A DNA stretch of 64,000 bases from Spirochaetia bacterium (GTDB taxonomy: Bacteria; Spirochaetota; Spirochaetia; CADAEX01), in NCBI GenBank assembly GCA_963662795.1, contig OY759746.1:1664001-1728000 (forward strand). Direction: 5' to 3'. Below the pieces are notes generated by a model. It was not told where the DNA came from. It ran no database searches and worked only from the letters and a program-made list of their open reading frames with translations. The position numbers were made by a program, and so were the translations under genes. This document shows, piece by piece, positions 28,659-39,092 of this stretch (the first letter of the stretch is position 1; each line of letters begins with the position of its first letter).

Positions 28659-29540
28659 ATGAGCGGTAAATACAGTGTTAATACGGATATTGAAAATGAT
28701 AAGGGATATCCGTTCGGGGTATTCAGGCAGATAGCAGAAGCGGGGTTCACTCATATACACTGGGGGCATCAGTGGAACACCGATTTTATTTATACCTCAC
28801 CTGAAATCGATGAAATAAAAAAACATTTGAATATTTTCGGACTATCCCTTAGCGATACACATGCCAGCAGCGGTGTAGAGAAATGCTGGTATTCACCTGT
28901 CGAGCATGAAAGACTTGCAGGAGTTGAGCTCGTAAAAAACAGAATATTCCTGACCGCTGTTCTCGGCGGTGATGCGGTTGTCCTTCATCCGTTTGTACTG
29001 TACAACAGGGAGCTTTTGCCGGGGTTCAGGGAACAGGGGTTGAAAAGCCTTGGAGAAATTGAAAGTTTTGCTAGAAGCTGCGGTGTAAGGATTGCTCTTG
29101 AGAACCTCTTCCAGGCCGATGCTTCCGGTATAAAGGACTGCGAACTTGAAAATATTGATACACTTGAGTATTTTTTTGCCCGCTTTTCTTCTGATTATCT
29201 CGGTTTTTGCTGGGATATAGGACACAGTATTCTTCTTGGTGAAAAATCATTCATGAGATGCGAAAAACTTGCAAAAGAGAGACTTGCAGTAATGCATTTA
29301 AATGACAACAGGGGGGATTTTGATCAGCATTCAGCCCCTTTTACCTGGTGCGGACGATGGGCCTGGATAGCTGAGGTAATTGCCTCTTCTCCCTATCCGC
29401 CGGATAAACCTGTTTTAATTGAGGTTGATGTGAATAAAAATCCGGATTATTCACTTGTTGAATTTCTTGAAGTGAATTTCTCTGCCGGGGAAAAATTCAG
29501 TCGGCTTGTCGAAAGCTGCAGGATAAAAAATCAGGACTAA
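28659..29540 (+). CDS. Sugar phosphate isomerase/epimerase family TIM barrel
   Basis: VVLHP, ALENL, CWDIGHS, HLNDN, DQHSAP motifs. Confidence 0.8.
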   Translation: MSGKYSVNTDIENDKGYPFGVFRQIAEAGFTHIHWGHQWNTDFIYTSPEIDEIKKHLNIFGLSLSDTHASSGVEKCWYSPVEHERLAGVELVKNRIFLTAVLGGDAVVLHPFVLYNRELLPGFREQGLKSLGEIESFARSCGVRIALENLFQADASGIKDCELENIDTLEYFFARFSSDYLGFCWDIGHSILLGEKSFMRCEKLAKERLAVMHLNDNRGDFDQHSAPFTWCGRWAWIAEVIASSPYPPDKPVLIEVDVNKNPDYSLVEFLEVNFSAGEKFSRLVESCRIKNQD

Positions 29541-30964
29541 GCTTTATCCTGTTCCGAGCCTTTTTTCCCTGCAATTCTTCCAATAACAATGCATTCAGTT
29601 ATTGCACAGCTGCCGAGGCGTGAAGCACCGTGTACTCCTCCTGTGACTTCACCTGCCGCATAAAGCCCTTCAACGGGCCTGCCGTCAAGATCAAGCACCT
29701 GTGCGTTTTTGTTTATCAAAAGGCCCCCCATCGTAAAGTGCACCTTGGGCCAGAGCCTGATGCCGTATAAGGGGGGAGTTTTAATTTCTGATGCGGTTTC
29801 AATAATCGGTTTTCTAAAGTCAGCATCGATTTTTTCCAAAACAAATGAATTGAAGCGGTCAATTGTATTTTCAAGGGATAAAAGATTGATTCCGTAATTC
29901 GCAGCAAGTCCCGCAGGTGATGCAAACTGCTTTACAATTCCTTTTTTAAGGCATTTATCAATATTCCATCCGGAGTTCTTAACTGCTGTTGAGTCGGCGA
30001 TACCTATGCACGGGTGCCCTGCCGCAAGTATCGCATCCGAAAGTGTTTTCCTGTCTGCAAGTTCATTGGCAAATCTTTTTCCGGTATCGGGGTCTATTAC
30101 TATTCCTCTCTGAAAGACTATGTACTCTGAAAAGGATGGGCCGTCTCCGTATCCTTTTTCATCGGGAGATGCCCATGGCCCGAGCTGGATATGCGAAAGA
30201 TGGACGGGGCATGAGCCGATCTGCAGGGCTGCCTTAAGGCTTTCTGATGTTGCCGAAGGCTGGTTTGTTGTATCTATTTTTTCTGTCAGCCTCGGGTCCT
30301 GGGAAGATCTGAAATCAATATCACTTCCGAATCCTCCTGCTGCGAGAATAACGGCCTTGTCTGCCATGATATGCTTTACACTTCCTGTATCCCCTTTTTT
30401 ATAATTATAGTTTTCAGTAACTTTTACCCCGGTTACTTTTCCGCCGGTATCCCTGATGAAACCGGTGAAGTGTGTGTGAAACATAATTTTAATATTCTTT
30501 TCTTTTATCTTCTGCATCAGTTTTTTTACAATTACGGCGCCTGAAATTCCTTCAGGGGTGAAGCATCTCGGGACAGAGTGTCCGCCGAATATCTCGATCT
30601 TTTCGAGGAATGGAACGCCGATATAATCACGCAGCCATTCATAGGCTTCTTTTGAATTACCAGTTACAGTTTTTACAAGTTCAGGATGATTGATTTCAAG
30701 CCCTGCTTTCATCATGTCTTTGTAAAAGAGTCCTGGTGAATCAGTTATATCTGCTTTCTTCTGCTCTTCGGTGCCGGCAGCTGCAATACCGCCGTCGCTG
30801 ATCAGGGAGTTGCCGCCGGGGGCATGCATTTTTTCTATGATTACAACAGATGAGCCGGCATTATGTGCTTCTATGGCGGCGCTTAAGCCTGCAAATCCGC
30901 TTCCTATTACTACTACATCAGCCCTGACTGCAGAAACTGTTCCACCTGAAATCTGATTAGTCAA
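29537..30964 (-). CDS. Flavocytochrome c flavin subunit (fumarate reductase superfamily), probably non-fumarate enoate reductase
   Basis: DVVVIGSGFAGLSAA, GGNS, GGHSVPR, VHFTMGG, GEVTGGVHGASRLGSCA; no CxxCH; TTG start at 30964 inferred from AAGGAG. Confidence 0.85.
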   Translation of the reverse strand: MTNQISGGTVSAVRADVVVIGSGFAGLSAAIEAHNAGSSVVIIEKMHAPGGNSLISDGGIAAAGTEEQKKADITDSPGLFYKDMMKAGLEINHPELVKTVTGNSKEAYEWLRDYIGVPFLEKIEIFGGHSVPRCFTPEGISGAVIVKKLMQKIKEKNIKIMFHTHFTGFIRDTGGKVTGVKVTENYNYKKGDTGSVKHIMADKAVILAAGGFGSDIDFRSSQDPRLTEKIDTTNQPSATSESLKAALQIGSCPVHLSHIQLGPWASPDEKGYGDGPSFSEYIVFQRGIVIDPDTGKRFANELADRKTLSDAILAAGHPCIGIADSTAVKNSGWNIDKCLKKGIVKQFASPAGLAANYGINLLSLENTIDRFNSFVLEKIDADFRKPIIETASEIKTPPLYGIRLWPKVHFTMGGLLINKNAQVLDLDGRPVEGLYAAGEVTGGVHGASRLGSCAITECIVIGRIAGKKGSEQDKA

Positions 30965-31099
30965 AATAATGCGCTTCTCCTTTTGTCCTGATATGCAAAT
31001 CAGCATAAATAAATATTTATTAACCGCTTTAATTATAGTACTATTTATTTTTTAGATGTACCCTTAATCAAGTTGAGCCTTAAAAAAAGGATGGAGAAA

Positions 31100-32116
31100 A
31101 TGGAAAAAAGGATTATAGATTTCAGAAGCGACACTGTAACTAAGCCTGATGCAGGTATGAGGAAGGCGATGTACGAAGCTGAGGTCGGGGATGATGTGCT
31201 GGGCGACGATCCCACTGTCAAAAAACTTGAGGGGCGGATATGCTCCATGCTCGGCACGGAAAGCGCGCTGTTTGTCTCAAGCGGGACGCAGTCTAATCTC
31301 CTTTCCATAATGAGCCACTGCGGGAGAGGCGATGAATACATTTCCGGACAGAGCGCCCACTGTTATAACCACGAGGGGGGAGGGGCCGCCGTCCTTGGAA
31401 GCATTCAGCCGCAGCCGATAGAGTTTAAAAGCGACGGAACGCTTGATCTTGATGAAGTTGCCGCAAAGATAAAGCCTGATGATTTTCATTTTGCCAGGAC
31501 AAGACTTATGTGTCTTGAGAATACGCAGGACGGAAAAGCACTCCCTTTTGATTATATGAAAGAAGCCTCCCGCTTCAGCCGGGAGAGAGGGCTTTCCATC
31601 CATCTTGACGGTGCAAGGCTTTTTAACGCCGCAGTCTCTGCCTGCAAACCTGCATCAGAGATTGCAGCTCTTTTTGACACTGTTTCCGTATGTCTTTCCA
31701 AAGGGCTTGGCGCCCCTATCGGCTCACTTATGTGCGGGAAAAAGGAAAATGTGGAGACTGCCAGGCGGTGGAGGAAGGTCCTCGGCGGCGGGATGAGGCA
31801 GGCCGGTATTATTGCTGCGGCAGGGCTTTACGCGCTTGAGAATAATATTGAAAGGCTTGAAGAGGACCATCGGAATTTACAGCTTTTAAGGGAAAAATTT
31901 GAAGGGATTAAAGAGTTTGAAATTATTTCTGCAGCGACAAATATGCTTTTTGTAAAACTTCTTAAGGGAGACCCGGCATCTCTTGCCGGCGCCCTCAGGA
32001 ATGACGGTATATTGATTCTGCCCGGCAGAATAATAAGATTTGTCACACATCTTGATATAAATAAACCGGATATATTAAAAACAGCAGAAGTGATCGGGAA
32101 ATATTTTATATCCTGA
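31100..32116 (+). CDS. ltaE: Low-specificity L-threonine aldolase
   Basis: DFRSDTVTKP, GDDVLGDDPTV, SGTQSN, HLDGARLFNAA, CLSKGLGAPIGS, GGGMRQAG. Confidence 0.93.
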   Translation: MEKRIIDFRSDTVTKPDAGMRKAMYEAEVGDDVLGDDPTVKKLEGRICSMLGTESALFVSSGTQSNLLSIMSHCGRGDEYISGQSAHCYNHEGGGAAVLGSIQPQPIEFKSDGTLDLDEVAAKIKPDDFHFARTRLMCLENTQDGKALPFDYMKEASRFSRERGLSIHLDGARLFNAAVSACKPASEIAALFDTVSVCLSKGLGAPIGSLMCGKKENVETARRWRKVLGGGMRQAGIIAAAGLYALENNIERLEEDHRNLQLLREKFEGIKEFEIISAATNMLFVKLLKGDPASLAGALRNDGILILPGRIIRFVTHLDINKPDILKTAEVIGKYFIS

Positions 32117-32144
32117 TTAAACGGGAATTATATTAACCTGACTG

Positions 32145-33362
32145 TCAAAAAAAACAATTATCAAAATAATTGTTTATCGAATGGATTGCTCCGCCTAAAA
32201 TACTTCCGTTTTTATTAAAAGAGGTGTATTGAATATCATAATATTTCTTCATATTGTTCAGCGAAATGTCAGATATTTTTTCCCTTAATTTTCCAATAAA
32301 AAAATCTCCTGCGTCTGCAATTTCTCCTGCAATAATGATCAGTTCAGGATCAATCATCATGCATCCGTTTGATATTCCTATGGCATATAGTTCTGCAAAC
32401 TCTTCCATTACCTTCATGGCAGCATGATTTCCATTATTCGAGTCATTAAAAATATCTGAAATTGTAAGTGAATCAGATTCTCCTCTTTTACCGCTTTTAT
32501 TGTATAATTTTTTCGCTCTGGAAATAATCCTGTCATACGATATGATATTCTCAAAACACCCTCTTCCTCCGCAGTGACATATTTCTTTTGAAGTAGGGTC
32601 AATTCTGATATGGCCAATTTCACCTGCAAGATAATTATTGCCGATGTACATATTCCCTTTTATTATTATTCCGCCACCAACACCTTCAGAACCTGCGGAA
32701 AACACAAAAAAATTTTTTGTGTTTCTGGCTTTCCCGATTGCCTGTTCCGCCAGACAGATAAAACGCACCTGGTTATCAAGCCGAAAATTAAAATTCTCTG
32801 AAGTTTTTTCTTTGAGTATTTTTATAATCGGTGTTTTATATTTCCAGGAAGGAAACCGCGAAGCAGTGAGTATTTCACCATTTTCAGGATCTGCAACTCC
32901 AGGGACTGCAATGGATAGCCCAAGTAATTTTCGTGACTTATGAACAGTATCGGCAGTTACTTCATTAATAAAACCGGCAATTATGGAAGTTACTTTTCCT
33001 ATTGATTCATTTCCGGCAATGGGAATTATCCTGTTAATTTCAATATTTGCGCTTGTATCAGTGGTTGCCAGGCGGATTTTTGTATCTAAAATATGAACAG
33101 ATATTGTATAGCCGTATAAATTGTTTAATCCATAGAGATCAGGTTTTTTCCCGCCTTTATTACTGGAAATTCCTTTGCCTTTAAAAATAATAAGATTATT
33201 CTGAATTAAATGCTCAAATATCTTTATAACTGTTGTTTTACTGAGTTTTATTTTTATTGCCGCTTCGGTAATGGATAAATTTTCATTTTCTCGGAACAGC
33301 TTTAATACCAGTTTCTGATTTTTATTTTTAAGTGACTGCGGTTTTGCTCCGATTGGACTCAT
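32145..33362 (-). CDS. ROK family transcriptional regulator
   Basis: HTH LSKTTVIKI, GGKKP, GEIGH, CHCGGRGCFE; paralog of 5335 gene; divergent from sugar ABC-iolG operon. Confidence 0.9.
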   Translation of the reverse strand: MSPIGAKPQSLKNKNQKLVLKLFRENENLSITEAAIKIKLSKTTVIKIFEHLIQNNLIIFKGKGISSNKGGKKPDLYGLNNLYGYTISVHILDTKIRLATTDTSANIEINRIIPIAGNESIGKVTSIIAGFINEVTADTVHKSRKLLGLSIAVPGVADPENGEILTASRFPSWKYKTPIIKILKEKTSENFNFRLDNQVRFICLAEQAIGKARNTKNFFVFSAGSEGVGGGIIIKGNMYIGNNYLAGEIGHIRIDPTSKEICHCGGRGCFENIISYDRIISRAKKLYNKSGKRGESDSLTISDIFNDSNNGNHAAMKVMEEFAELYAIGISNGCMMIDPELIIIAGEIADAGDFFIGKLREKISDISLNNMKKYYDIQYTSFNKNGSILGGAIHSINNYFDNCFF

Positions 33363-33425
33363 TCCTGACCTCGTTCAATCTTGATATTATTCAGCATAAA
33401 GCTAAAATTGCAATACGTAAAGACA

Positions 33426-33466
33426 TTTATAAATAAAGTTGACAAACTAAAAAGCTGTGTTATACT
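33426..33466 (+). promoter_or_regulatory. Sigma70 promoter of sugar ABC-iolG operon with overlapping candidate ROK site
   Basis: TTGACA (33439-33444)-16 bp-TATACT (33461-33466) with extended TG; TTTATAAATAAAGTTGAC overlaps the -35. Confidence 0.7.
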
Positions 33467-33496
33467 TATTTTAATAATTCAAATATGGAGGAATTT

Positions 33497-34456
33497 ATGA
33501 AAAAGAAAGTGTTGCTTGTTGCGCTTATCATTTGCGTTCTTATGCCATTTGCAATTTTTGCAGGCGGTAAAAAAGAAGCTGCTGGCGGGAAAATGAAAAT
33601 CGGGTATGTTGTTAAGGATAACACCGGCGATTACTGGAAAATAGTTCAGGCAGGTGCAATGGCTGCAGGAAAAGATTTTGACGTTGAAGTCTTATATAAT
33701 GGACCAAACGCAGAGACAGAAGTAATGCAGCAGGTCGCGATGATGGAAGATATGATTACAAAAAAAGTATCTGCACTTGTAATCGCCCCTTCACAGCCGA
33801 AAGCTGCAATTTCAGTATTCGACAAGGCAGATGCGGCAGGAATACCTGTTCTTCTTGCAGATACTGATGCTGACTGGAGTAAAAAAGTAACATTCCTTGG
33901 AACAGGGAATGAAGCAGCCGGTAAAATCGGCGGTGAATATATTGCAAAAAAACTTGGCCCAGGTGCTGAAATTGTTATCGTAAGAGGAGCTCTCGGCGAC
34001 CTTACACATGACCAGAGAAGCAATGGCGCTGCAAATGCTGCAAAAGCTGCAGGATGTAAAGTAGTAGATATTCAGCCTGCTGACAGCGATATGGCAAAAG
34101 CCATGGATGTTATGGAGAATCTGATTCAGGCAAATCCCAACATCAAGGGTGTATTCTGTACCAGCGATGCCATGGCAATTGGCGCCAACAGGGCTGTGGA
34201 AAAATCAGGCAAGAATATTGTGGTAATCGGTTTTGATGCTATACCTGTTGCGGTTGAAGAAATTATGAAAGGTAAAACATTTATAGGTTCAGTTGCCCAG
34301 AGTCCTTATAATATCGGCTATATGGGTGTTGAAAATGCCATTAAGGCGGCCAAAGGCGAAACTGTTGAAAAGAGAATTGATACAGGCGCGAAAATGATTG
34401 ATGCATCAAACGTACAGGCTTACAGTGACGATCTTAAGAAAATGCTTGGCAAATAA
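33497..34456 (+). CDS. Sugar ABC transporter binding protein (RbsB-like), probably inositol
   Basis: Signal peptide ending IFAGGKKE; YWKIV, GTGNEAAG, SDAMAIGA, GFDA, VAQSPY. Confidence 0.9.
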   Translation: MKKKVLLVALIICVLMPFAIFAGGKKEAAGGKMKIGYVVKDNTGDYWKIVQAGAMAAGKDFDVEVLYNGPNAETEVMQQVAMMEDMITKKVSALVIAPSQPKAAISVFDKADAAGIPVLLADTDADWSKKVTFLGTGNEAAGKIGGEYIAKKLGPGAEIVIVRGALGDLTHDQRSNGAANAAKAAGCKVVDIQPADSDMAKAMDVMENLIQANPNIKGVFCTSDAMAIGANRAVEKSGKNIVVIGFDAIPVAVEEIMKGKTFIGSVAQSPYNIGYMGVENAIKAAKGETVEKRIDTGAKMIDASNVQAYSDDLKKMLGK

Positions 34457-34485
34457 TAGTAAATTAAGTTACTGATTTAATTTAA

Positions 34486-34515
34486 AAATACCCTTTCCGC
34501 AAGGAAAGGGTATTT
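34486..34515 (+). terminator. Strong stem-loop after SBP gene (mRNA stabiliser or attenuating terminator)
   Basis: Perfect 13-bp stem AAATACCCTTTCC-GCAA-GGAAAGGGTATTT with GNRA tetraloop. Confidence 0.7.
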
Positions 34516-34537
34516 AAAATAATCATGGGAGAAAATA

Positions 34538-36046
34538 ATGACTCAACCATTTATTAAACTGGAAAGCATAACGAAAAAATTTCCAGGGGTTGTTGCTCTT
34601 AATAATGTATCTTTGGATCTTTATCAGGGAGAGATTCATGGTCTCATTGGTGAGAATGGCGCCGGTAAATCAACATTTATAAAAGTTCTTACAGGTGTCC
34701 ATACTCCTGAAAAGGGTGAAATAATTTTAAAAGGGAATCCAATAAAAATTGAAAACACAAAGCACGCTATTGATCTTGAGATTGGTTGTATTTATCAGGA
34801 ACTCAATAATATACCGCAGCTTTCTGTAACTGATAATATTTTTCTGGGATGCCAGTTGAAAAAAAAATCCGGATTACTCGATTATGAGACAATGCATAAA
34901 AAAGCAAGAGAACTTCTAAATGATCTGGGACAGGATATTGATCCTACTTTGCCTATTGAAAAACTCGGTATGGGACATCAGCAGATGGTTGAGATTGTCA
35001 AGGCCATTACTAAAGATATTAAAATGCTGATTATGGATGAACCTACTTCCAGTCTTAGTGAGACAGAGGTTAAAGAACTTGTTGACGCTGTCCGGAAACT
35101 GAAGAGCAAGGGAGTTGGTATTCTTTTTGTTTCCCACAAACTGGAAGAGATATTTGAATTATGCGACAAAGTTACTGTCTTCAGGGATGGGCAGCATGTA
35201 ATAACGGGAAATGTTTCTGATTTTACAAATGATCTTCTTATCCAGAATATGGTCGGACGGGAGATAACCCAGCAGTTCCCGAAAATAGAATTTAAAAAAG
35301 GCGAGGAAATACTCAGGGTAGAAAACTTTACACGCTACGGGGTATACCGGAAAATTAATTTTTCTCTTTCAAGAGGTGAAATACTTGGTTTTTCAGGTCT
35401 TGTAGGCGCCGGGCGGACAGAACTTATCCGCGGAATATTTGGCGCGGATCCTATAGATGAAGGTAAATTGTATTTAAACGGAAAGGAAGTGAACATCAAC
35501 AGCCCTGAAACTGCTGTCCGGAATAGATTCGCACTTTTGACAGAAGACAGAAAAACTCAGGGGCTGGTGCTTGGTGCATCAATTCTTTCAAATTTAATAA
35601 TTACCTGCCTTTGCAAATTTAAAAAAGGCCTCTTCCTTGACAACGCCAAAATATGCAAAGCAGTTGATCATAATATTAAATCATTGCAAATCAAGACACC
35701 TGGTCCTGATACACTCGCAGAACAGTTGAGCGGCGGTAATCAGCAGAAAGTTGTTGTCGGTAAATGGCTTAACAGTGATGCGGAAATATATATATTTGAT
35801 GAACCTACCCGGGGCATTGATGTCGGGGCAAAGGTTGAAGTTTATAATCTGATGAATAAAATACTCGAAGAGGATAAAGCTATCATAATGATTTCTTCGG
35901 AGTTGCCTGAGATTCTGGGGATGAGCGACAGGATTATCGTTATGAGAAACGGGAATATTACTGCTGAAATAAAAAGAGGCAGTAAGCAGTTTAATCAGGA
36001 AGATATTATGCATGCATCCTGGGATGACAGCGCCATAAAGGAGTAA
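34538..36046 (+). CDS. Sugar ABC transporter ATPase (RbsA-like, two ABC domains)
   Basis: GENGAGKST, MDEPTSSL, GLVGAGRTE, LSGGNQQKV, DEPTRGIDVGAK. Confidence 0.93.
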   Translation: MTQPFIKLESITKKFPGVVALNNVSLDLYQGEIHGLIGENGAGKSTFIKVLTGVHTPEKGEIILKGNPIKIENTKHAIDLEIGCIYQELNNIPQLSVTDNIFLGCQLKKKSGLLDYETMHKKARELLNDLGQDIDPTLPIEKLGMGHQQMVEIVKAITKDIKMLIMDEPTSSLSETEVKELVDAVRKLKSKGVGILFVSHKLEEIFELCDKVTVFRDGQHVITGNVSDFTNDLLIQNMVGREITQQFPKIEFKKGEEILRVENFTRYGVYRKINFSLSRGEILGFSGLVGAGRTELIRGIFGADPIDEGKLYLNGKEVNINSPETAVRNRFALLTEDRKTQGLVLGASILSNLIITCLCKFKKGLFLDNAKICKAVDHNIKSLQIKTPGPDTLAEQLSGGNQQKVVVGKWLNSDAEIYIFDEPTRGIDVGAKVEVYNLMNKILEEDKAIIMISSELPEILGMSDRIIVMRNGNITAEIKRGSKQFNQEDIMHASWDDSAIKE

Positions 36047-36049
36047 AAG

Positions 36050-37045
36050 ATGAAAAATGCGAATGGTAAAAATATTGATTATAAAGAAGTGCTGTCCAAG
36101 CTTGGACCGCTTCTTGCCCTTGTTCTGGTTAGTATGGCTTTATCGCTTGGTACTGAACAGTTTATGACAGTTGGCAATATCACAAATATTATGAGACAGG
36201 CTTCCATTAACAGCCTGATTGCCGCCGGTATGATGATGGTCATTCTGACAGGCGGTATTGACCTTTCTGTAGGTTCGATAACCGCATTTGCAGCCTGCGT
36301 AATGGGGGTAATGATTAAAAACGGCATAATGAATCCTGTTCTGCTGATTGTGAGCGGATTCGGTGCCGGTACTTTTGTAGGCTATATCAACGGTATTCTT
36401 CTTACAAAGTTAAGATTACCTCATCCTTTTATATCTACAATTGGAACCAGAAATATTTTCAGAGGATTGGCTCTTCTCATAACTGCTGCCTCTCCGATAT
36501 CAGGATTTCCCAAAGCTGTACAGTATCCTGGTACAGGTGACATTTTTTTGGGAATACCGGTAAGTTTTTTAATTGTTATTGTAATGTATATCGGGATACA
36601 TATTTTTTTAAATAATACAGCTTTAGGCCGGCATATTTACGCAGTCGGAGGAAACAAGGAGGCAGCAAGGCTTTCAGGACTCAATGTCAATAAGATTTTG
36701 ATAATAGTATACGCAATATGCGGTTTTATGTGTGCTTTTGCCGCGCTTGTTATGATCGGCCGTCTCAATACAGCTTTCCCTCTTGCCGGTTCAACTGCTG
36801 ACATGGATGCAATTGCTTCCTGCATTATCGGGGGAGTTTCCTTCCTTGGTGGAAAAGGGACAATCTGGGGAACATTGATCGGTTCTCTTCTGATTACAGT
36901 CTTAAGAAACGGCTTGAACCTTATTGGTGCATCTGCAGATATGCAGCTTGTTGTAATTGGACTTGTAATTATTGTTGCGGTTTATGTTGACGTACTTAGA
37001 GCAAGTGCGGAAGCCAAATCAAAAAGACTTGCTGCAAAAAAATAA
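36050..37045 (+). CDS. Sugar ABC transporter permease (RbsC-like)
   Basis: ILTGGIDLSVGS, GRHIYAVGGNKEAARLSG, DAIASCIIGG. Confidence 0.93.
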   Translation: MKNANGKNIDYKEVLSKLGPLLALVLVSMALSLGTEQFMTVGNITNIMRQASINSLIAAGMMMVILTGGIDLSVGSITAFAACVMGVMIKNGIMNPVLLIVSGFGAGTFVGYINGILLTKLRLPHPFISTIGTRNIFRGLALLITAASPISGFPKAVQYPGTGDIFLGIPVSFLIVIVMYIGIHIFLNNTALGRHIYAVGGNKEAARLSGLNVNKILIIVYAICGFMCAFAALVMIGRLNTAFPLAGSTADMDAIASCIIGGVSFLGGKGTIWGTLIGSLLITVLRNGLNLIGASADMQLVVIGLVIIVAVYVDVLRASAEAKSKRLAAKK

Positions 37046-37101
37046 AAAACAGTGTCCGGCATTTTTTGTGCCGGCTTTATGAATTAACAGGAGATAAGAT
37101 T

Positions 37102-38118
37102 GTGGATAAAATAAAATTAGGTATAATAGGCGCCGGAAGAATTGGCCGTGTACACGCGGAAAGTGTGACATTCCATATTCCTGATGCTGAGGTAGCAGCT
37201 GTTGCTGATCCTTTTATTACTGAGGAAGGTAAAAAGTTTTTTAATAATCTTGGAGTAAAAGAAATTTTCAAAGATTACACGGATATCCTTGCAAGGAAAG
37301 AAATAGACGCAGTCCTGATCTGCTCGTCAACTGATACACATGCAAAGATTACAATCGAGGCTGCAAAAGCTGGAAAGGATATTTTTTGTGAAAAACCGAT
37401 AGATCTTGATATAAGCAGGATAAAAGAAACCTTAAAAGCTGTTAAAGAGGCCGGTGTAAAATTCCAGGTTGGCTTCAACAGGAGGTTTGACCGCAACTTC
37501 AGCGCTTTAAAAAAGAGTGTTGCTGACGGAAAGGTCGGCGATGTACATATAGTGAAAATAACATCCAGGGATCCGGCTCCGCCTCCTGTAGAATATATAA
37601 AAGTTTCAGGAGGGCTCTTCTGCGACATGATGATACATGATTTTGATCTTGCAGGATATCTGTCTGGAAGTGAAGTTGTTGAGGTTTTTGCCAGTGGAGC
37701 TGTTCTTGTTGACCCTGCCATCGGTAAAGCCGGAGATATTGATACAGCAATTGTCACTCTTAAATTCGCCAATGGCGCAATTGGTGTTATTGATAACTCA
37801 AGGCAGGCTGTTTACGGATATGACCAGAGGGCGGAAGTTTTCGGATCGAAAGGATGTGCTGCTGTAGAAAACGAAAAACCTTCAACAAATAAAATCAGCA
37901 ATAAAGACGCAGTATGTGAAGAGAAACCGCTTTATTTCTTTCTTGAAAGATATATGCAGGCTTATGCTGCTGAGGTAGGTGAATTTGTCTCAGCAATAAA
38001 GAACGGAAAGGATGTTCCGGTTGGAGGGGATGCCGGTCTTGCATCAGTTGTAATAGCAAAAGCGGCAATGAAATCACTTAAGGAAAACAGGCCTGTCAAA
38101 ATAAGCGAGATGGAGTAG
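37102..38118 (+). CDS. iolG: Myo-inositol 2-dehydrogenase
   Basis: GAGRIG, STDTHA, CEKP, GFNRRFD, TSRDP, SGGLFCDMMIHDFD, YGYDQRAEVFG, FFLERY; GTG start with AGGAG RBS. Confidence 0.88.
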   Translation: MDKIKLGIIGAGRIGRVHAESVTFHIPDAEVAAVADPFITEEGKKFFNNLGVKEIFKDYTDILARKEIDAVLICSSTDTHAKITIEAAKAGKDIFCEKPIDLDISRIKETLKAVKEAGVKFQVGFNRRFDRNFSALKKSVADGKVGDVHIVKITSRDPAPPPVEYIKVSGGLFCDMMIHDFDLAGYLSGSEVVEVFASGAVLVDPAIGKAGDIDTAIVTLKFANGAIGVIDNSRQAVYGYDQRAEVFGSKGCAAVENEKPSTNKISNKDAVCEEKPLYFFLERYMQAYAAEVGEFVSAIKNGKDVPVGGDAGLASVVIAKAAMKSLKENRPVKISEME

Positions 38119-38122
38119 GTTG

Positions 38123-38911
38123 ATGAAATATTCGTTATGTACTGAAATGATGTACGGAAAACTTGATTTTACAGACAGGTTCAAAGCCGCAGCTGATGAT
38201 GGATTTGAATATTGTGAATTCTGGAGATGGGAAGGAAGAGACTGGAATGCAATTACAAAAGCAGTAAAACAATCAGGTCTTAAAGTATCTTCCTTCTCTG
38301 GTGATGACAAATACTCACTTGTTGATCCTGAAGATTCATCTTCCTATCTTGATTTTTTAGGGCAGTCAATTGAGAAGGCTGTATCAATAGGGTGTCCGAA
38401 TCTTGTAATACATACAGATGCTCTAAATCCTGCTGACGGGAGTGCAAAAAAAACCAAATCCGATTTAAGCCCTGAACAGAAACTCATGAATGCTTATGAT
38501 ATGCTTAAAAAGTGTGCGCCCCTTGCTGCTAAGGGCGGGGTTACCCTGGTTCTTGAGCCACTTAATACTTTGGTTGATCATAAAAATTATTTTCTCTCGG
38601 ACCCTGATGTATCTTTTGATCTGATTGAAGCAGTTGCATCCAGAAATATCAAATTATTATTTGATATCTATCATATGCAGATCATGAAAGGGAATATAAT
38701 TGACCGGCTTCAGAAGAATATCGATAAAATCGGGTATATACATGCGGCCGATGTACCAGGGAGGCACGAACCCGGTACGGGAGAGCTTTCATATGGAAAT
38801 ATTTTCATAGCTCTGAAAGAATCCGGATACGCAGGTTTTGTGGGATTTGAACTTTCTCCAATGAGTGACAACGGGAAGGCAATAGAAGCAATCAAACGGA
38901 GTATGGTCTGA
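38123..38911 (+). CDS. Hydroxypyruvate isomerase (Hyi) family TIM barrel
   Basis: LEPLN, DIYHMQI, HAADVPGRHEPGTGEL, VGFE. Confidence 0.85.
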   Translation: MKYSLCTEMMYGKLDFTDRFKAAADDGFEYCEFWRWEGRDWNAITKAVKQSGLKVSSFSGDDKYSLVDPEDSSSYLDFLGQSIEKAVSIGCPNLVIHTDALNPADGSAKKTKSDLSPEQKLMNAYDMLKKCAPLAAKGGVTLVLEPLNTLVDHKNYFLSDPDVSFDLIEAVASRNIKLLFDIYHMQIMKGNIIDRLQKNIDKIGYIHAADVPGRHEPGTGELSYGNIFIALKESGYAGFVGFELSPMSDNGKAIEAIKRSMV

Positions 38912-38936
38912 TAATTTAAAAATAGCTTTTACGTAA

Positions 38937-38966
38937 AGGGCGGTTTTTCGCCGCCCTGATTTTTTG
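38937..38966 (+). terminator. Intrinsic terminator after Hyi-family gene
   Basis: AGGGCGG-tttttcg-CCGCCCT followed by GATTTTTT. Confidence 0.65.
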
Positions 38967-39018
38967 GATTCTGACAGGTATTAAGATGCCGGGCTGCTCA
39001 TGTAAAATCTTATTGTTC

Positions 39019-39047
39019 TTGACAAAACGGTATACCAGTGGCATAAT
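39019..39047 (+). promoter_or_regulatory. Sigma70 promoter of oxidoreductase-iolN-iolO-iolM operon with GntR/FadR-type operator in the spacer
   Basis: TTGACA-17 bp-CATAAT; GGTATACCAGTGGCATA at 39029-39045, near copy upstream of gntR. Confidence 0.75.
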
Positions 39048-39092
39048 ATTATTAAAGGGCTTTATCTGAAGTCAGATTTCGGGGAGGGTTAA

